DNA of 20,000 nucleotides from an uncultured virus (IMG/VR IMGVR_UViG_650377941_000004) (IMGVR_UViG_650377941_000004), one strand, 5' to 3'; shown: positions 8,150 through 18,072, numbered from the stretch's first letter. A program made the numbers and translations. Notes: generated by a model not told the origin, from the letters alone.

Positions 8150-9694
8150 ATGGCAGAGAAAAACACCGCCGACATTGGGTTTGAAAAGCAGATTTGGGAT
8201 GCCGCCTGTGTGCTTCGGGGTAATATGGATGCTTCGGAGTATAAGGGCGTTGTCCTTGGTCTTATTTTCTTGAAATATATTTCGGATCGTTTTGAAGATA
8301 AGTACAATCAGCTGGTTGCAGACGGTGATGGTTTTGAGGAAGACCGTGACGAGTACACATCGGAAGGAATCTTCTTTGTGCCTGCTGGTGCGCGTTGGAG
8401 CGATGTTTCTGCAAAGGCACATGATCCCGAAATCGGTCAGGTAATCGATGATGCAATGCGTGCTATCGAAAAAGAAAACGCGCGCCTAAAAGATATTCTG
8501 CCGAAAAATTTTGCGCGTCCGGAATTAGATAAACGTCGGTTGGGCGAAGTTGTTGACCTGTTTACGAACATCAAAATGATTGAACACGGCAGCGAAAAGG
8601 ACATTCTGGGGCGCACTTATGAATACTGCCTGTCGATGTTTGCAGAGCAGGAAGGCAAGCGCGGCGGCGAGTTCTTTACACCGTCCTGTGTTGTGCGGAC
8701 ACTGGTGGAAGTGCTGCAACCGTTTAAGGGACGAGTGTACGACCCTTGCTGCGGCAGCGGCGGTATGTTTGTTCAATCTGCAAAATTTGTAGAGAACCAT
8801 AGCGGAAATATCAACGATATTTCAATTTATGGTCAGGATTCCAACCCGACTACATGGAAGCTGGCACAGATGAACCTTGCTATCCGTGGCATTGAACCCG
8901 ACCTTGGCAAGTATGCAGCAGACACATTCCTTGATGACCAGCACCCGACCATGCGGGCAGACTATATTATGGCGAATCCCCCTTTTAACCTGTCGAATTG
9001 GGGCGCAGAGCAGCTCAAAGATGATGTACGCTGGCAGTATGGTATGCCGCCTGCAAGCAACGCGAACTTTGCATGGCTTCAGCACATGATTTATCATCTT
9101 GCGCCGGGTGGCCGCATGGGTATGGTGCTTGCAAACGGTTCGCTCTCTTCTCAGTCTGGCGGCGAAGGTGACATCCGCAAAAATATTGTGAATGCTGACC
9201 TTGTGGACTGCATCATTGCCATGCCGACACAGCTTTTCTATACCACACAGATTCCGGTTTCGCTCTGGTTTATCTCCAAACGCAAGAAACGAGCCGGAAA
9301 AACGTTGTTTATTGACGCCCGTAAGATGGGCGTTATGGTGAGCCGCAAACTGCGTGAACTTACAGATGGCACAAAAGAAGAATACAAAAACGAAGATGGT
9401 ACATCAAAAAATGACATCAAAAAGATTGCCGATACCTACAATGCCTATGTTAATGGTACACTGGAAGATGTAAAAGGTTTCTGCGCAGTTGTTGATACAG
9501 AGAAAATTGCAGAGCAAGATTATATTTTAACGCCGGGCCGTTATGTTGGGGTTGAGGAACAGGAAGATGATGGTGAGCCGTTTGAAGAAAAAATGGCTCG
9601 ACTGACTTCTGAACTTTCGGATTTGTTTAAGCAGTCGCACAAGTTGGAAGCAGAAATCAAGGAGAAGCTGGGGGCGATTGGATATGAAGTTTGA
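8150..9694 (+). CDS. hsdM: Type I R-M methyltransferase subunit (m6A)
   Basis: GEFFTP, DPCCGSGG (motif I), NPPF (motif IV), LTPGRYVG. Confidence 0.97.
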   Translation: MAEKNTADIGFEKQIWDAACVLRGNMDASEYKGVVLGLIFLKYISDRFEDKYNQLVADGDGFEEDRDEYTSEGIFFVPAGARWSDVSAKAHDPEIGQVIDDAMRAIEKENARLKDILPKNFARPELDKRRLGEVVDLFTNIKMIEHGSEKDILGRTYEYCLSMFAEQEGKRGGEFFTPSCVVRTLVEVLQPFKGRVYDPCCGSGGMFVQSAKFVENHSGNINDISIYGQDSNPTTWKLAQMNLAIRGIEPDLGKYAADTFLDDQHPTMRADYIMANPPFNLSNWGAEQLKDDVRWQYGMPPASNANFAWLQHMIYHLAPGGRMGMVLANGSLSSQSGGEGDIRKNIVNADLVDCIIAMPTQLFYTTQIPVSLWFISKRKKRAGKTLFIDARKMGVMVSRKLRELTDGTKEEYKNEDGTSKNDIKKIADTYNAYVNGTLEDVKGFCAVVDTEKIAEQDYILTPGRYVGVEEQEDDGEPFEEKMARLTSELSDLFKQSHKLEAEIKEKLGAIGYEV

Positions 9695-10892
9695 CATTTG
9701 GAAAGAGTGCCCGAAAGTACCGTTGCCCAGTGTTCTTTTAACGGTTGTTGACAACCGAGGAAAAACTGTACCAACTGCCCCTTCGGGACATAAACTAATT
9801 GCAACAAATTGTGTCAGAAATGAAAATCTATACCCTGTATATGAAAAAATTAGGTATCTCTCAGAGGAAACATACAGAACGTGGTTTAGAGCGCACCCTG
9901 AACCTGGAGATATTATTTTTGTGTGTAAAGGAACACCTGGAAGGGTGTGTTTGGTGCCCGATCCAATAGATTTTTGTATTGCGCAAGATATGGTTGCATT
10001 AAGAGCCGATCCTAAAATTGTATATAACAAATATCTTTTAGCTGTTTTGCGTAGTTTTCAAATTCAAGAGCAAATTCTAAGTACAAGTGTAGGTGATGTG
10101 ATTCCACATTTCAAAAAAAGTTTTTTTGATCAAATAATGATTCCGATACCGAATATGGATATTCAAAAGTCAATCGGTGATTTTTATTACACAATATCCG
10201 AGAAAACGGAGTTAAACAAAAAGATAAACGATAATTTAGAGCAGCAAGCCGCCACCTATTTTCAAGAATTATTTATCAACAATGCAAATCCCATGTGGCA
10301 AATCAGCACAATAAGTGACCTTGGAACTGTTGTGGGCGGTAGTACGCCTTCAAAAACCAAGCCTGAATACTATACCAATAATGGTATTGCGTGGATAACG
10401 CCAAAAGATTTATCTATCAACAAGTCCAAATTCATATCTCATGGCGAAAATGATATCACAGAACTTGGTTTGAAGAACAGCAGTGCAACAGTCATGCCCA
10501 AGGGTACAGTATTGTTTTCATCACGTGCTCCCATCGGATATATTGCAATTGCATCTAATGAAGTTACAACCAATCAAGGCTTTAAGTCTGTTATACCTTA
10601 CTCGGAAATTGGAACAGCGTTTGTATACTTTTTCTTGAAACACAGTCTTCCGGTTATTGAGAGTGCAGCATCAGGCTCGACATTCAAAGAAATTTCAGGA
10701 AGTGCCATGAAGAATATCCCCGCCATCATTCCTGATCGGAACACACTTGACCAATTTAATAGTTTCTGTGCGCCAATCTTTGCGCAACAAAAAATCTTGG
10801 AAGAGCAAAATCATTCACTTGCTATGCTAAGAGATAGTCTGTTACCTAAACTAATGTCTGGTGCAATTGATATCGCGAGTATTCAGATCTAA
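9684..10892 (+). CDS. hsdS: Type I R-M specificity subunit (two TRDs)
   Basis: Overlaps hsdM stop; central helix KKINDNLEQQA, GGSTPS, SSRAPIG, C-terminal LRDSLLPKLMSG. Confidence 0.95.
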   Translation: MKFDIWKECPKVPLPSVLLTVVDNRGKTVPTAPSGHKLIATNCVRNENLYPVYEKIRYLSEETYRTWFRAHPEPGDIIFVCKGTPGRVCLVPDPIDFCIAQDMVALRADPKIVYNKYLLAVLRSFQIQEQILSTSVGDVIPHFKKSFFDQIMIPIPNMDIQKSIGDFYYTISEKTELNKKINDNLEQQAATYFQELFINNANPMWQISTISDLGTVVGGSTPSKTKPEYYTNNGIAWITPKDLSINKSKFISHGENDITELGLKNSSATVMPKGTVLFSSRAPIGYIAIASNEVTTNQGFKSVIPYSEIGTAFVYFFLKHSLPVIESAASGSTFKEISGSAMKNIPAIIPDRNTLDQFNSFCAPIFAQQKILEEQNHSLAMLRDSLLPKLMSGAIDIASIQI

Positions 10893-10912
10893 GCCGCTAA
10901 ATTATCGTTTAT
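10224..10912. repeat. 16-bp perfect inverted repeats flanking TRD2 of hsdS
   Basis: ATAAACGATAATTTAG at 10224-10239; reverse complement CTAAATTATCGTTTAT at 10897-10912. Confidence 0.9.
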
Positions 10913-10932
10913 AAAAGATATGAAGGGATAAT

Positions 10933-12225
10933 ATGGAAGATTTTGATAATGCTAAGACAAGAAATCCGAGGGAATGCGTTGTTACAAACCTTAATAGCTA
11001 CCTGACCTACATTTCTGATATAAAGGAAACCATAAAGAAAGAGGAAGGTGCGGAAGTAAGCGCAAAGCATTATTTCTTCCGTGGACAGGCCAGCAACGAA
11101 TGGAACGTCATGCCGGGAGTGTTCCGTGGTGGGATGCTGCCACATGAAGCAGAATTGATAAATGCGGCTTACACACGAAATCCCGATGACTTCCGGCAAC
11201 TGACAACAGATTTTGAAAAACTCGCAAAATTGCAGCACTACGGATTGCCGACAAGACTGTTGGACGTGACGGAGAATCCGCTAGTGGCACTGTATTTTGC
11301 TTGCCAGAACAATCAAGAGAGAAAGACAAATGACGGGAAGACCACATTGTTGCCGCCGACCGATGGAAAAATCTATTATAAGCGCGATTACGGAAAAAGC
11401 TATAGCGACATAGAGATCAAAGTGCTGGCATATTTAGCGAGTCATAAAATTTCGGGCGATTATACATTAGAAAAGCTGCTCTCGGATTTGAACAAGTATG
11501 GAATTTATACAGATAAAGAGGTAAAAGAGTGCGAGGCAAGCGAGTACAAAAGCTTGCTTTCGACTATTCAAAGAAATTATTTTGTGATTTCCAACTTGAA
11601 TAATGAAAGATTGGTACGGCAAAGCGGCTCTTTTTTGATCTGCGGAAAATATAATGTTCAGCTGAAAGAAAAACTCGGACAGAGCATTGTTAAACGGGCA
11701 TATAGTGATGTCCAAGATGAATTTGAACTTCAAAGTTTTAGAATACCAGCGGGAAGAAAAGATGCGATTTTAGAGGAACTGAGTTTTTACAACATCAACG
11801 AAGGGACGCTGTTCCCGGAACTTGAGCACCAGATGGCATATATTAAAAGCAATTATGCGAACACACAAAAGCCTATGGTTGATCGGTTTGTGAAAACAGA
11901 AGTTCCGATAACAAGTATTAGAGAAGTGCGTGATTCAGATGTTTCAGACGATAAAGTGGACGAGATTATTCGAGAAGCATTGCATAATGCTGTGCATCCA
12001 GAAATTTTTGATGATTGTTACGTTGCAATTCAAAAGAATCTGATGCCGGATTGGTATCGCAAGGAAATTGGACTCAGTAAAGTTCGATTGGCACTGACGG
12101 ACACATTGGATAATGGTACGCCGATAGGACGTGCGATGGCAAAAAGAGCAGCACAGTCTATCGTTGAAAAGATTGTGAATGCCATTGCGCAAGAATCGAA
12201 TACAGCAACTTCGGATAATAGTTGA
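10933..12225 (+). CDS. FRG-domain protein
   Basis: YFFRGQ, QHYGLPTRLLD.TENPLVALYFAC, NERL..QSG.F and LFPEL motifs. Confidence 0.92.
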   Translation: MEDFDNAKTRNPRECVVTNLNSYLTYISDIKETIKKEEGAEVSAKHYFFRGQASNEWNVMPGVFRGGMLPHEAELINAAYTRNPDDFRQLTTDFEKLAKLQHYGLPTRLLDVTENPLVALYFACQNNQERKTNDGKTTLLPPTDGKIYYKRDYGKSYSDIEIKVLAYLASHKISGDYTLEKLLSDLNKYGIYTDKEVKECEASEYKSLLSTIQRNYFVISNLNNERLVRQSGSFLICGKYNVQLKEKLGQSIVKRAYSDVQDEFELQSFRIPAGRKDAILEELSFYNINEGTLFPELEHQMAYIKSNYANTQKPMVDRFVKTEVPITSIREVRDSDVSDDKVDEIIREALHNAVHPEIFDDCYVAIQKNLMPDWYRKEIGLSKVRLALTDTLDNGTPIGRAMAKRAAQSIVEKIVNAIAQESNTATSDNS

Positions 12226-12236
12226 GGAGAAAAATC

Positions 12237-15200
12237 ATGCTTTCATTTACCGAAGATACCTTTGAACAAGCGGTCATAGAGCTATTTGAAAATATGGGTT
12301 ACACCCACATTTATGCTCCTGATATGAACCGAACAGATTACAGCCGCCCTCTGCCGGACGATGTTTTGCGGGATTGTCTGGTGCGGCTGAATCGCAGCCT
12401 TCCGGCTGTGGCAATTGATGAAGTCATCCTGAAACTGAATGATTTTGATGCAGGAAGCCTATTGCAGAAGAATATTATTTTTATGGACTATCTGCAAAAC
12501 GGTATCACGGTCAAATACGCAGTCAAGGGTGAAGAACGGTCTTCGGTAGTAAAGCTGATTGATTATGCAGATGCAGACAAAAATGATTTCTATGTGGTAA
12601 ACCAGTATACCTTCGTGGAAAATGGAAACAACCGCCGCCCGGATATCACTCTGTTTATCAACGGAATGCCACTGGTCTTGATGGAACTGAAAAGTCCTTC
12701 CAAGGATGAAGTGGGCGCAGAAAACGCCTACAATCAGATTCGGAACTATATGCAGGACATTCCCTCCATGTTCTATTATAACGCCATCTGTGTGATCAGC
12801 GACCTGTCCACCAACAAAGCAGGTACGATTACTTCCGGGCTTGACCGTTTTATGGAATGGAAAACAAAAGACGGTGATTATGAAAACACTGCGTATGCGC
12901 AGTTTGATACCTTCTATGAGGGGATGTTCCAGAAAGCACGGTTGCTGGATATTCTGAAAAATTTCATCCTGTTTTCCGGTGATGGGCAGAAGCCGATTAA
13001 AATTTTGGCTGGGTACCACCAGTATTTCGCTGTACGAAAAGCCATCGAAAAGGCCAAAATTGCCACCAAAACAGACGGCAAGGGTGGTGTGTTCTGGCAT
13101 ACGCAGGGCAGCGGAAAATCTCTGTCGATGGTATTCTATGCCCATTTGCTGCAAGAAGCTTTGGATAGCCCCACCATCGTTGTGATGACGGACCGCATTG
13201 ACCTTGACGATCAGCTCTACACGCAGTTCGCCAGGTGCGCGCCGTTTTTGCGCCAGACACCTGTACAGGCAACCAGCAAGGAAAATCTAAGCAAGCTGCT
13301 GGATGGTCGAAAAGCAAACGGCATTATCTTCACCACGATGTTCAAGTTTGAGCGTGGCGAGAAGCCACTGTCCGAACGTAGAAATATTGTGGTAATGGCG
13401 GATGAAGCCCACCGTGGACAGTATGGTTTTGATGAAAAAATTGTCATCAAAGAAAATGAACGGGGTGAAAAAGAAGCACATACGGTCATTGGCAATGCCC
13501 GTATCATTCATGATGCCCTGCCGAATGCAACCTACATAGGCTTTACGGGAACGCCGATTTCGGCAAAAGATAGAAATACGCGTGAAGTTTTTGGTGATTA
13601 TATCGATGTTTATGATATGACACAGGCTGTGGAGGATGGCGCAACGCGTCCGGTTTACTACGAGAGTCGTGTTATCAAACTCCACCTCGACCAGAATACA
13701 CTGGCCTTGATTGATGCGACCTACGACGCACTGGAACAGCAATCGGACGCTGCAACGATTGAAAAAAGCAAAAAGATGCTGGGGCAGATGGAGAGTGTGT
13801 TGGGGGCAGATTCTACCATTCAATCCCTGTGCGAAGATATTGTCGACCACTACGAAAAGTACCGCGCCAATCTCCTGACAGGTAAGGCAATGATCGTAGC
13901 GTATTCGCGCCCGATTGCGATGAAGATTTATCGAAAACTTCTGGAGCTGCGCCCGACATGGAACGAAAAAATCGGCGTAGTTATGACTGGTGGCAACAAT
14001 GACCCGGAGGATTGGAAAGAAATCATCGGCACAAAATCTCACAAAGAAGAACTTGCCCGGAAATTCAAAGACAACGATGACCCGATGAAGATTGCCATTG
14101 TTGTGGATATGTGGCTGACAGGTTTTGATGTGCCTTCACTGGCTACGATGTATGTTTACAAGCCAATGCACGGATACAATCTGATGCAGGCCATCGCGCG
14201 TGTCAACCGCGTGTTTAAGGACAAAGAGGGCGGCTTGATTGTAGATTACGTTGGCATTGCATCTGCCCTCAAAGCCGCTATGAAAGAGTACACCAAGCGT
14301 GACCAGTCCCGATATGGTGATATGGACATTGCCAAAGTTGCATATCCGAAGTTTCAGGAAAAACTTCAGGTGTGTAAAGATTTGTTGCACGGCTTTGATT
14401 TTAGCGGATTTATTGGAGGTTCTCCGTTAATGATGGCAAAGCTGGTCACTGGCGGCGTAAACTTTGTTCTGGACGCAAAAGCACCCAAGCGCAAAGATCT
14501 GTTCCTGCGAGAAGCTCTGTTGCTGAAACAGTCGCATTCGCTGTGTTCCAGCATGACCACGGAGCAGGAGCGACATGAAGCGGCCTATATGGAAGCAGTC
14601 CGTTCTACGGTGGTGAAGATCACCTATGGTGGGAGTGGCGGCAAGACACTTTCTTTGAAAGAAATCAATGCTCAAATCAATGAGTTGCTAAAGGCGAGTA
14701 TCCAGAGCCAAGGCGTTATCAGCTTGTTTGACAGCAAGCAGGCGGATGAAAATATCAGCCTGTTTGACCCGGCGGTGTTGGATGAAATTTCAAAAATGAA
14801 GGAAAAGAACATTGCCGTAGAAATTTTGAAAAAACTTATGGCAGAGCAAGTTTCACTGTATAAACGGACAAATGTTGTGCAGTCTCAGAAGTTTTCAGAA
14901 AAGATTACACAGTTGATGAACTCTTACTACAATGGCTTGATTACAAACGAGGAGGTCATCAAGGAACTTCTGAAAACGGCACAGGAGATTACAGAACAGT
15001 ATAACAACGGTAAAAAGCTGGGCTTGACGCAGGAAGAACTGGCTTTTTACGATGCTTTGACAAAGCCGGAAAACATCAAGGATTTCTACCAAAATAATGA
15101 ATTGATTGACTTGACCAGAGAACTTACGGAAATGCTGCGCAAAAATCGGACGATAGACTGGCAGAAAAAAGAAACTGCCCGTGCGAGTATGCGTAAGATG

Positions 15201-15308
15201 GTGAAGCACTTGCTGAAAAAATATAAGTATCCACCGGAAGATTATGATACGGCAATCAGCACGGTCATTAGCCAGTGTGAGATGTGGACTGACAACATGG
15301 TAGTATGA
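12237..15308 (+). CDS. hsdR: Type I restriction endonuclease subunit R
   Basis: PD...ELK nuclease motif, HTQGSGKS Walker A, DEAH, FTGTP, QAIARVNR; ATG 12237 after GAGGAG. Confidence 0.97.
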   Translation: MLSFTEDTFEQAVIELFENMGYTHIYAPDMNRTDYSRPLPDDVLRDCLVRLNRSLPAVAIDEVILKLNDFDAGSLLQKNIIFMDYLQNGITVKYAVKGEERSSVVKLIDYADADKNDFYVVNQYTFVENGNNRRPDITLFINGMPLVLMELKSPSKDEVGAENAYNQIRNYMQDIPSMFYYNAICVISDLSTNKAGTITSGLDRFMEWKTKDGDYENTAYAQFDTFYEGMFQKARLLDILKNFILFSGDGQKPIKILAGYHQYFAVRKAIEKAKIATKTDGKGGVFWHTQGSGKSLSMVFYAHLLQEALDSPTIVVMTDRIDLDDQLYTQFARCAPFLRQTPVQATSKENLSKLLDGRKANGIIFTTMFKFERGEKPLSERRNIVVMADEAHRGQYGFDEKIVIKENERGEKEAHTVIGNARIIHDALPNATYIGFTGTPISAKDRNTREVFGDYIDVYDMTQAVEDGATRPVYYESRVIKLHLDQNTLALIDATYDALEQQSDAATIEKSKKMLGQMESVLGADSTIQSLCEDIVDHYEKYRANLLTGKAMIVAYSRPIAMKIYRKLLELRPTWNEKIGVVMTGGNNDPEDWKEIIGTKSHKEELARKFKDNDDPMKIAIVVDMWLTGFDVPSLATMYVYKPMHGYNLMQAIARVNRVFKDKEGGLIVDYVGIASALKAAMKEYTKRDQSRYGDMDIAKVAYPKFQEKLQVCKDLLHGFDFSGFIGGSPLMMAKLVTGGVNFVLDAKAPKRKDLFLREALLLKQSHSLCSSMTTEQERHEAAYMEAVRSTVVKITYGGSGGKTLSLKEINAQINELLKASIQSQGVISLFDSKQADENISLFDPAVLDEISKMKEKNIAVEILKKLMAEQVSLYKRTNVVQSQKFSEKITQLMNSYYNGLITNEEVIKELLKTAQEITEQYNNGKKLGLTQEELAFYDALTKPENIKDFYQNNELIDLTRELTEMLRKNRTIDWQKKETARASMRKMVKHLLKKYKYPPEDYDTAISTVISQCEMWTDNMVV

Positions 15309-15335
15309 ATTGTATGAAATGTCGTTGATTTGTGC

Positions 15336-15364
15336 TTGACAATCGGATCCCTTTTCTGTAAAAT
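15336..15364 (+). promoter_or_regulatory. Near-consensus sigma-A promoter
   Basis: TTGACA-17 nt-TAAAAT. Confidence 0.8.
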
Positions 15365-15407
15365 GATTTTAGAAAATACTATTATTGAAAATAAGAAAGG
15401 CTATTTT

Positions 15408-15937
15408 ATGGGAAAGATGATCTTAGATGACCTCCGCAAGCGTCTGGAACGTCTGGACGAAGACGCAGACCTGATGATCGACAATAACGACCACTATCAG
15501 ATGGTGATCGTAGGCGGCAGTGCGTTCATTCTGCTGGGCAAACTGACCCGTGCCACCCATGACATTGATGCCTTGAGCGTTCCGAAAGAACTGTACGGCT
15601 TGCTCGGTAAGTACGATATCAACACGGATGTGGAAGCCTACATCGACAATTTTCCCTATAACTATCCCGACCGTTTGAAACCGCTGCCCTTCGGTGGCAC
15701 AAAGGTTCAGTTCTACACACCCAGTCTGGAAGATCTGGTGATTGCAAAGCTTTGCTCTTTCCGTGATACCGACAAGGCGGACGTGGAGAGCGAAGCTGTG
15801 AGGAACTCGCTAGACTGGGATTTGCTGGAGCATCTTGCAACAGATGAGGACGAACTGAAAGCCAGCATCTGAATGAGTGGCGGTATCGGGACTTCTACAT
15901 CCGGTATCAGGAGTATGTGGAGAGGTGGAGACCGTGA
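15408..15937 (+). pseudogene. DUF6036/AbiEii-like nucleotidyltransferase with a 3' frameshift (stops at 15872 as assembled)
   Basis: IVGGSA...TRATHDID, EDLVIAKL..RDTD..D motifs; shifted frame continues LNEWRYRDFYIRYQEYVERWRP to TGA 15935-37, overlapping next start. Confidence 0.75.
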
Positions 15938-16473
15938 GGAAGCTGACATTTGAGGGATTTTTGAAGCAGTATGTGACGGAACTTTCCGGTGTTCAGACTG
16001 CCAGCATTCACAAGCTGGCGAACTGCTTACATGAAAATCCACGGCTGAAAGAGCCGCTGTACCTCTATGCACTGGTGTTTGATAAAGTAAATCTGCTGCT
16101 CCGCTATGCAAAAGACCCTGTGTGTCTTGCAGAGTATGAACGACTTTCAAATCGCTATTCGAGGGAGCAGGTACTTGCGCTTTTGCAGAACCAGTCGGCA
16201 GAGCTGTCGGAGGGCTATCTGAAAGTCTGGCGCAGTTATTGCTCCGTCCGGGATGCTGCTCTTGCCGACAATGATACAAAAGAACTGATTCACCGCAGAG
16301 TGGTAGAGATTCAGCAAAAGAAACATCTGACGAATTATCGTATTTATGCAGACCTGAAACTGAATCCCGGCAACGTGAATGCGTGGCTCAAGCACAACGA
16401 TTCCAGCAAAATGAGCCTTGACTGCGCCCGGCAAATTTACAAGTACGCAAAGAGTTATTCGGCTGTCCGTTAA
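15934..16473 (+). CDS. Protein with C-terminal XRE-like HTH; putative partner/antitoxin of the NTase
   Basis: GTG 15934 after GGAGAGG; TNYRIYADLKLNPGNVNAWLK HTH-like segment. Confidence 0.7.
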   Translation: MRKLTFEGFLKQYVTELSGVQTASIHKLANCLHENPRLKEPLYLYALVFDKVNLLLRYAKDPVCLAEYERLSNRYSREQVLALLQNQSAELSEGYLKVWRSYCSVRDAALADNDTKELIHRRVVEIQQKKHLTNYRIYADLKLNPGNVNAWLKHNDSSKMSLDCARQIYKYAKSYSAVR

Positions 16474-18072
16474 AAAGGAAGTGCACTCATGGGAACTACA
16501 AAAGCTCTAATCGTTGGCGTAAGCGAATACTTTATTGATGGAGCGGATAACCTCTTCTTTTATAAAAACGATATTATTGCAATGCAAGATGCCTTTATTT
16601 ACGGCCTAGAAGTTGCGGAAAAAGATATGATAGTTTGCGGATTAACAAACACAGTTACAGCAAACGACTTAATCACAGCATTAAAAGGGATTGAAAGGAT
16701 TGTACAAGATGACGATACTTTACTATTCTATTTTTCAGGACATGGGACAACATTGAGTGAAAAACATTACTTGGTATTAAGTGATAGATTAATATGTACA
16801 CAAGATATAATTTCTTTTTTAGATGCAATTTCTGCACGAAATAAAGTGATCTTTCTCGATTGCTGTTTTGCGGGGAACTTTCAAGTTGATGGGTCTGCTG
16901 TTTTTGATATGGAATCGACAGTACGCGATTTTGCAGGAAAAGGGTATGCAGTTTTTGCTTCTAGTAATGCAAGCCAGGTTTCTCGACTTTACCCAAATAA
17001 ATCGATCAGCTTGTTTACTGATTTTTTATACGATGCAATAACAAGTAAGTGCACAATCCGAAACGGAAAGAAAAATTTGAATGATATACACAAATTGTTG
17101 TTCTTACTTTTAGAAACATGGAACAAAAACAATCCAAATTGCGTGCAATTCCCGATTTATAGAGCTAATATAGGCGGCACTGTTTTTTTTGATGTTAAGG
17201 ATTACAAGCCGTATCTTCCGAAAAAGTTCTTTTATGATGATGAGGATTATTGTATTTGCTCAGTCGAGCCGCTTCATAATGGGATTGCAAAACGTTATGC
17301 AGTTAAAGTGATTCTTAAAAAGCCAGTATCATTCGAGCAAGTGTCCTTGATAAACCTTCAAATTGTTGAAAGGATAAAGTTATTAAACATTTTCAATAGC
17401 AAAGCACAAGAATCGAAGTGGAAAAATAAGCCAGCCAACTTGATTTTTGCTTATTTTGGACTTGACTATTCAGACATAGTATCGGGAAACTATATTTGTG
17501 ACACTACTTGGGCGGATGATACGCAAGATAAAAAATGGTGGTATCGTATAAGAAAAGAATCAGAGGCTGTAATAAATGGAATTTATTTCAATATTCATTC
17601 TTATTATCAATCATTAAAAGAATACACTGCTGAACATACTGCGAATGCAGAAGAAATCATACAAGAAACAAAATCAATTCTGTCAGAAATGATTACATTG
17701 GCCGAATATGTTATCGCACAATACAATGAAGTTCTCAATAACGAGCGAACCGAAGAGGAGTTTGTGAATCTTGTAGCAGATGCCCTATCTAGAATTAATG
17801 AACTGTATTGTAAAGAAGGCGATTTGGACTTTCCCCCGGAAGAGCTCCGAGAGTGGAGCCAACTCTGTTCAAATATTATATCCGGCATACACGATTTTTC
17901 GCTTTTTTATGGAAGTCAACACTTTTTACAGAGAACGGAAATGAACAGAAGGCAATGTATGAATTTATCAATCAAACAATATTATCAGGATCTTGAACGT
18001 CTAAAAGATTATGAAACTCAATAATTATGGACGTGCAATGAAATATTAAGTTTACCCGTTAAAAAGGAAGTG
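16467..18072. repeat. 17-bp direct repeats flanking the caspase gene
   Basis: CCGTTAAAAAGGAAGTG at 16467-16483 and 18056-18072. Confidence 0.85.
16489..18024 (+). CDS. Caspase-family (peptidase C14) protein with uncharacterised C-terminal domain
   Basis: KALIVGVSEY, LFYFSGHG (His), IFLDCC (Cys), SLFT..L. Confidence 0.88.
   Translation: MGTTKALIVGVSEYFIDGADNLFFYKNDIIAMQDAFIYGLEVAEKDMIVCGLTNTVTANDLITALKGIERIVQDDDTLLFYFSGHGTTLSEKHYLVLSDRLICTQDIISFLDAISARNKVIFLDCCFAGNFQVDGSAVFDMESTVRDFAGKGYAVFASSNASQVSRLYPNKSISLFTDFLYDAITSKCTIRNGKKNLNDIHKLLFLLLETWNKNNPNCVQFPIYRANIGGTVFFDVKDYKPYLPKKFFYDDEDYCICSVEPLHNGIAKRYAVKVILKKPVSFEQVSLINLQIVERIKLLNIFNSKAQESKWKNKPANLIFAYFGLDYSDIVSGNYICDTTWADDTQDKKWWYRIRKESEAVINGIYFNIHSYYQSLKEYTAEHTANAEEIIQETKSILSEMITLAEYVIAQYNEVLNNERTEEEFVNLVADALSRINELYCKEGDLDFPPEELREWSQLCSNIISGIHDFSLFYGSQHFLQRTEMNRRQCMNLSIKQYYQDLERLKDYETQ

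Noticed and set aside
6690..8273. Plus- and minus-strand ORFs in the control region (e.g. 6690-7310, 7389-7634, 7660-7908)
   Set aside because: Mutually overlapping, no RBS or motifs; region looks regulatory.
15330..15933. ORF-track starts at 15330 and 15877
   Set aside because: 15330 lies upstream of the promoter; RBS and overlap evidence favour 15408 and 15934.
15408..18024. CBASS-like system (NTase plus caspase effector)
   Set aside because: The NTase is small and DUF6036/AbiEii-like rather than CD-NTase-like, and no SAVED/STING sensor is evident.
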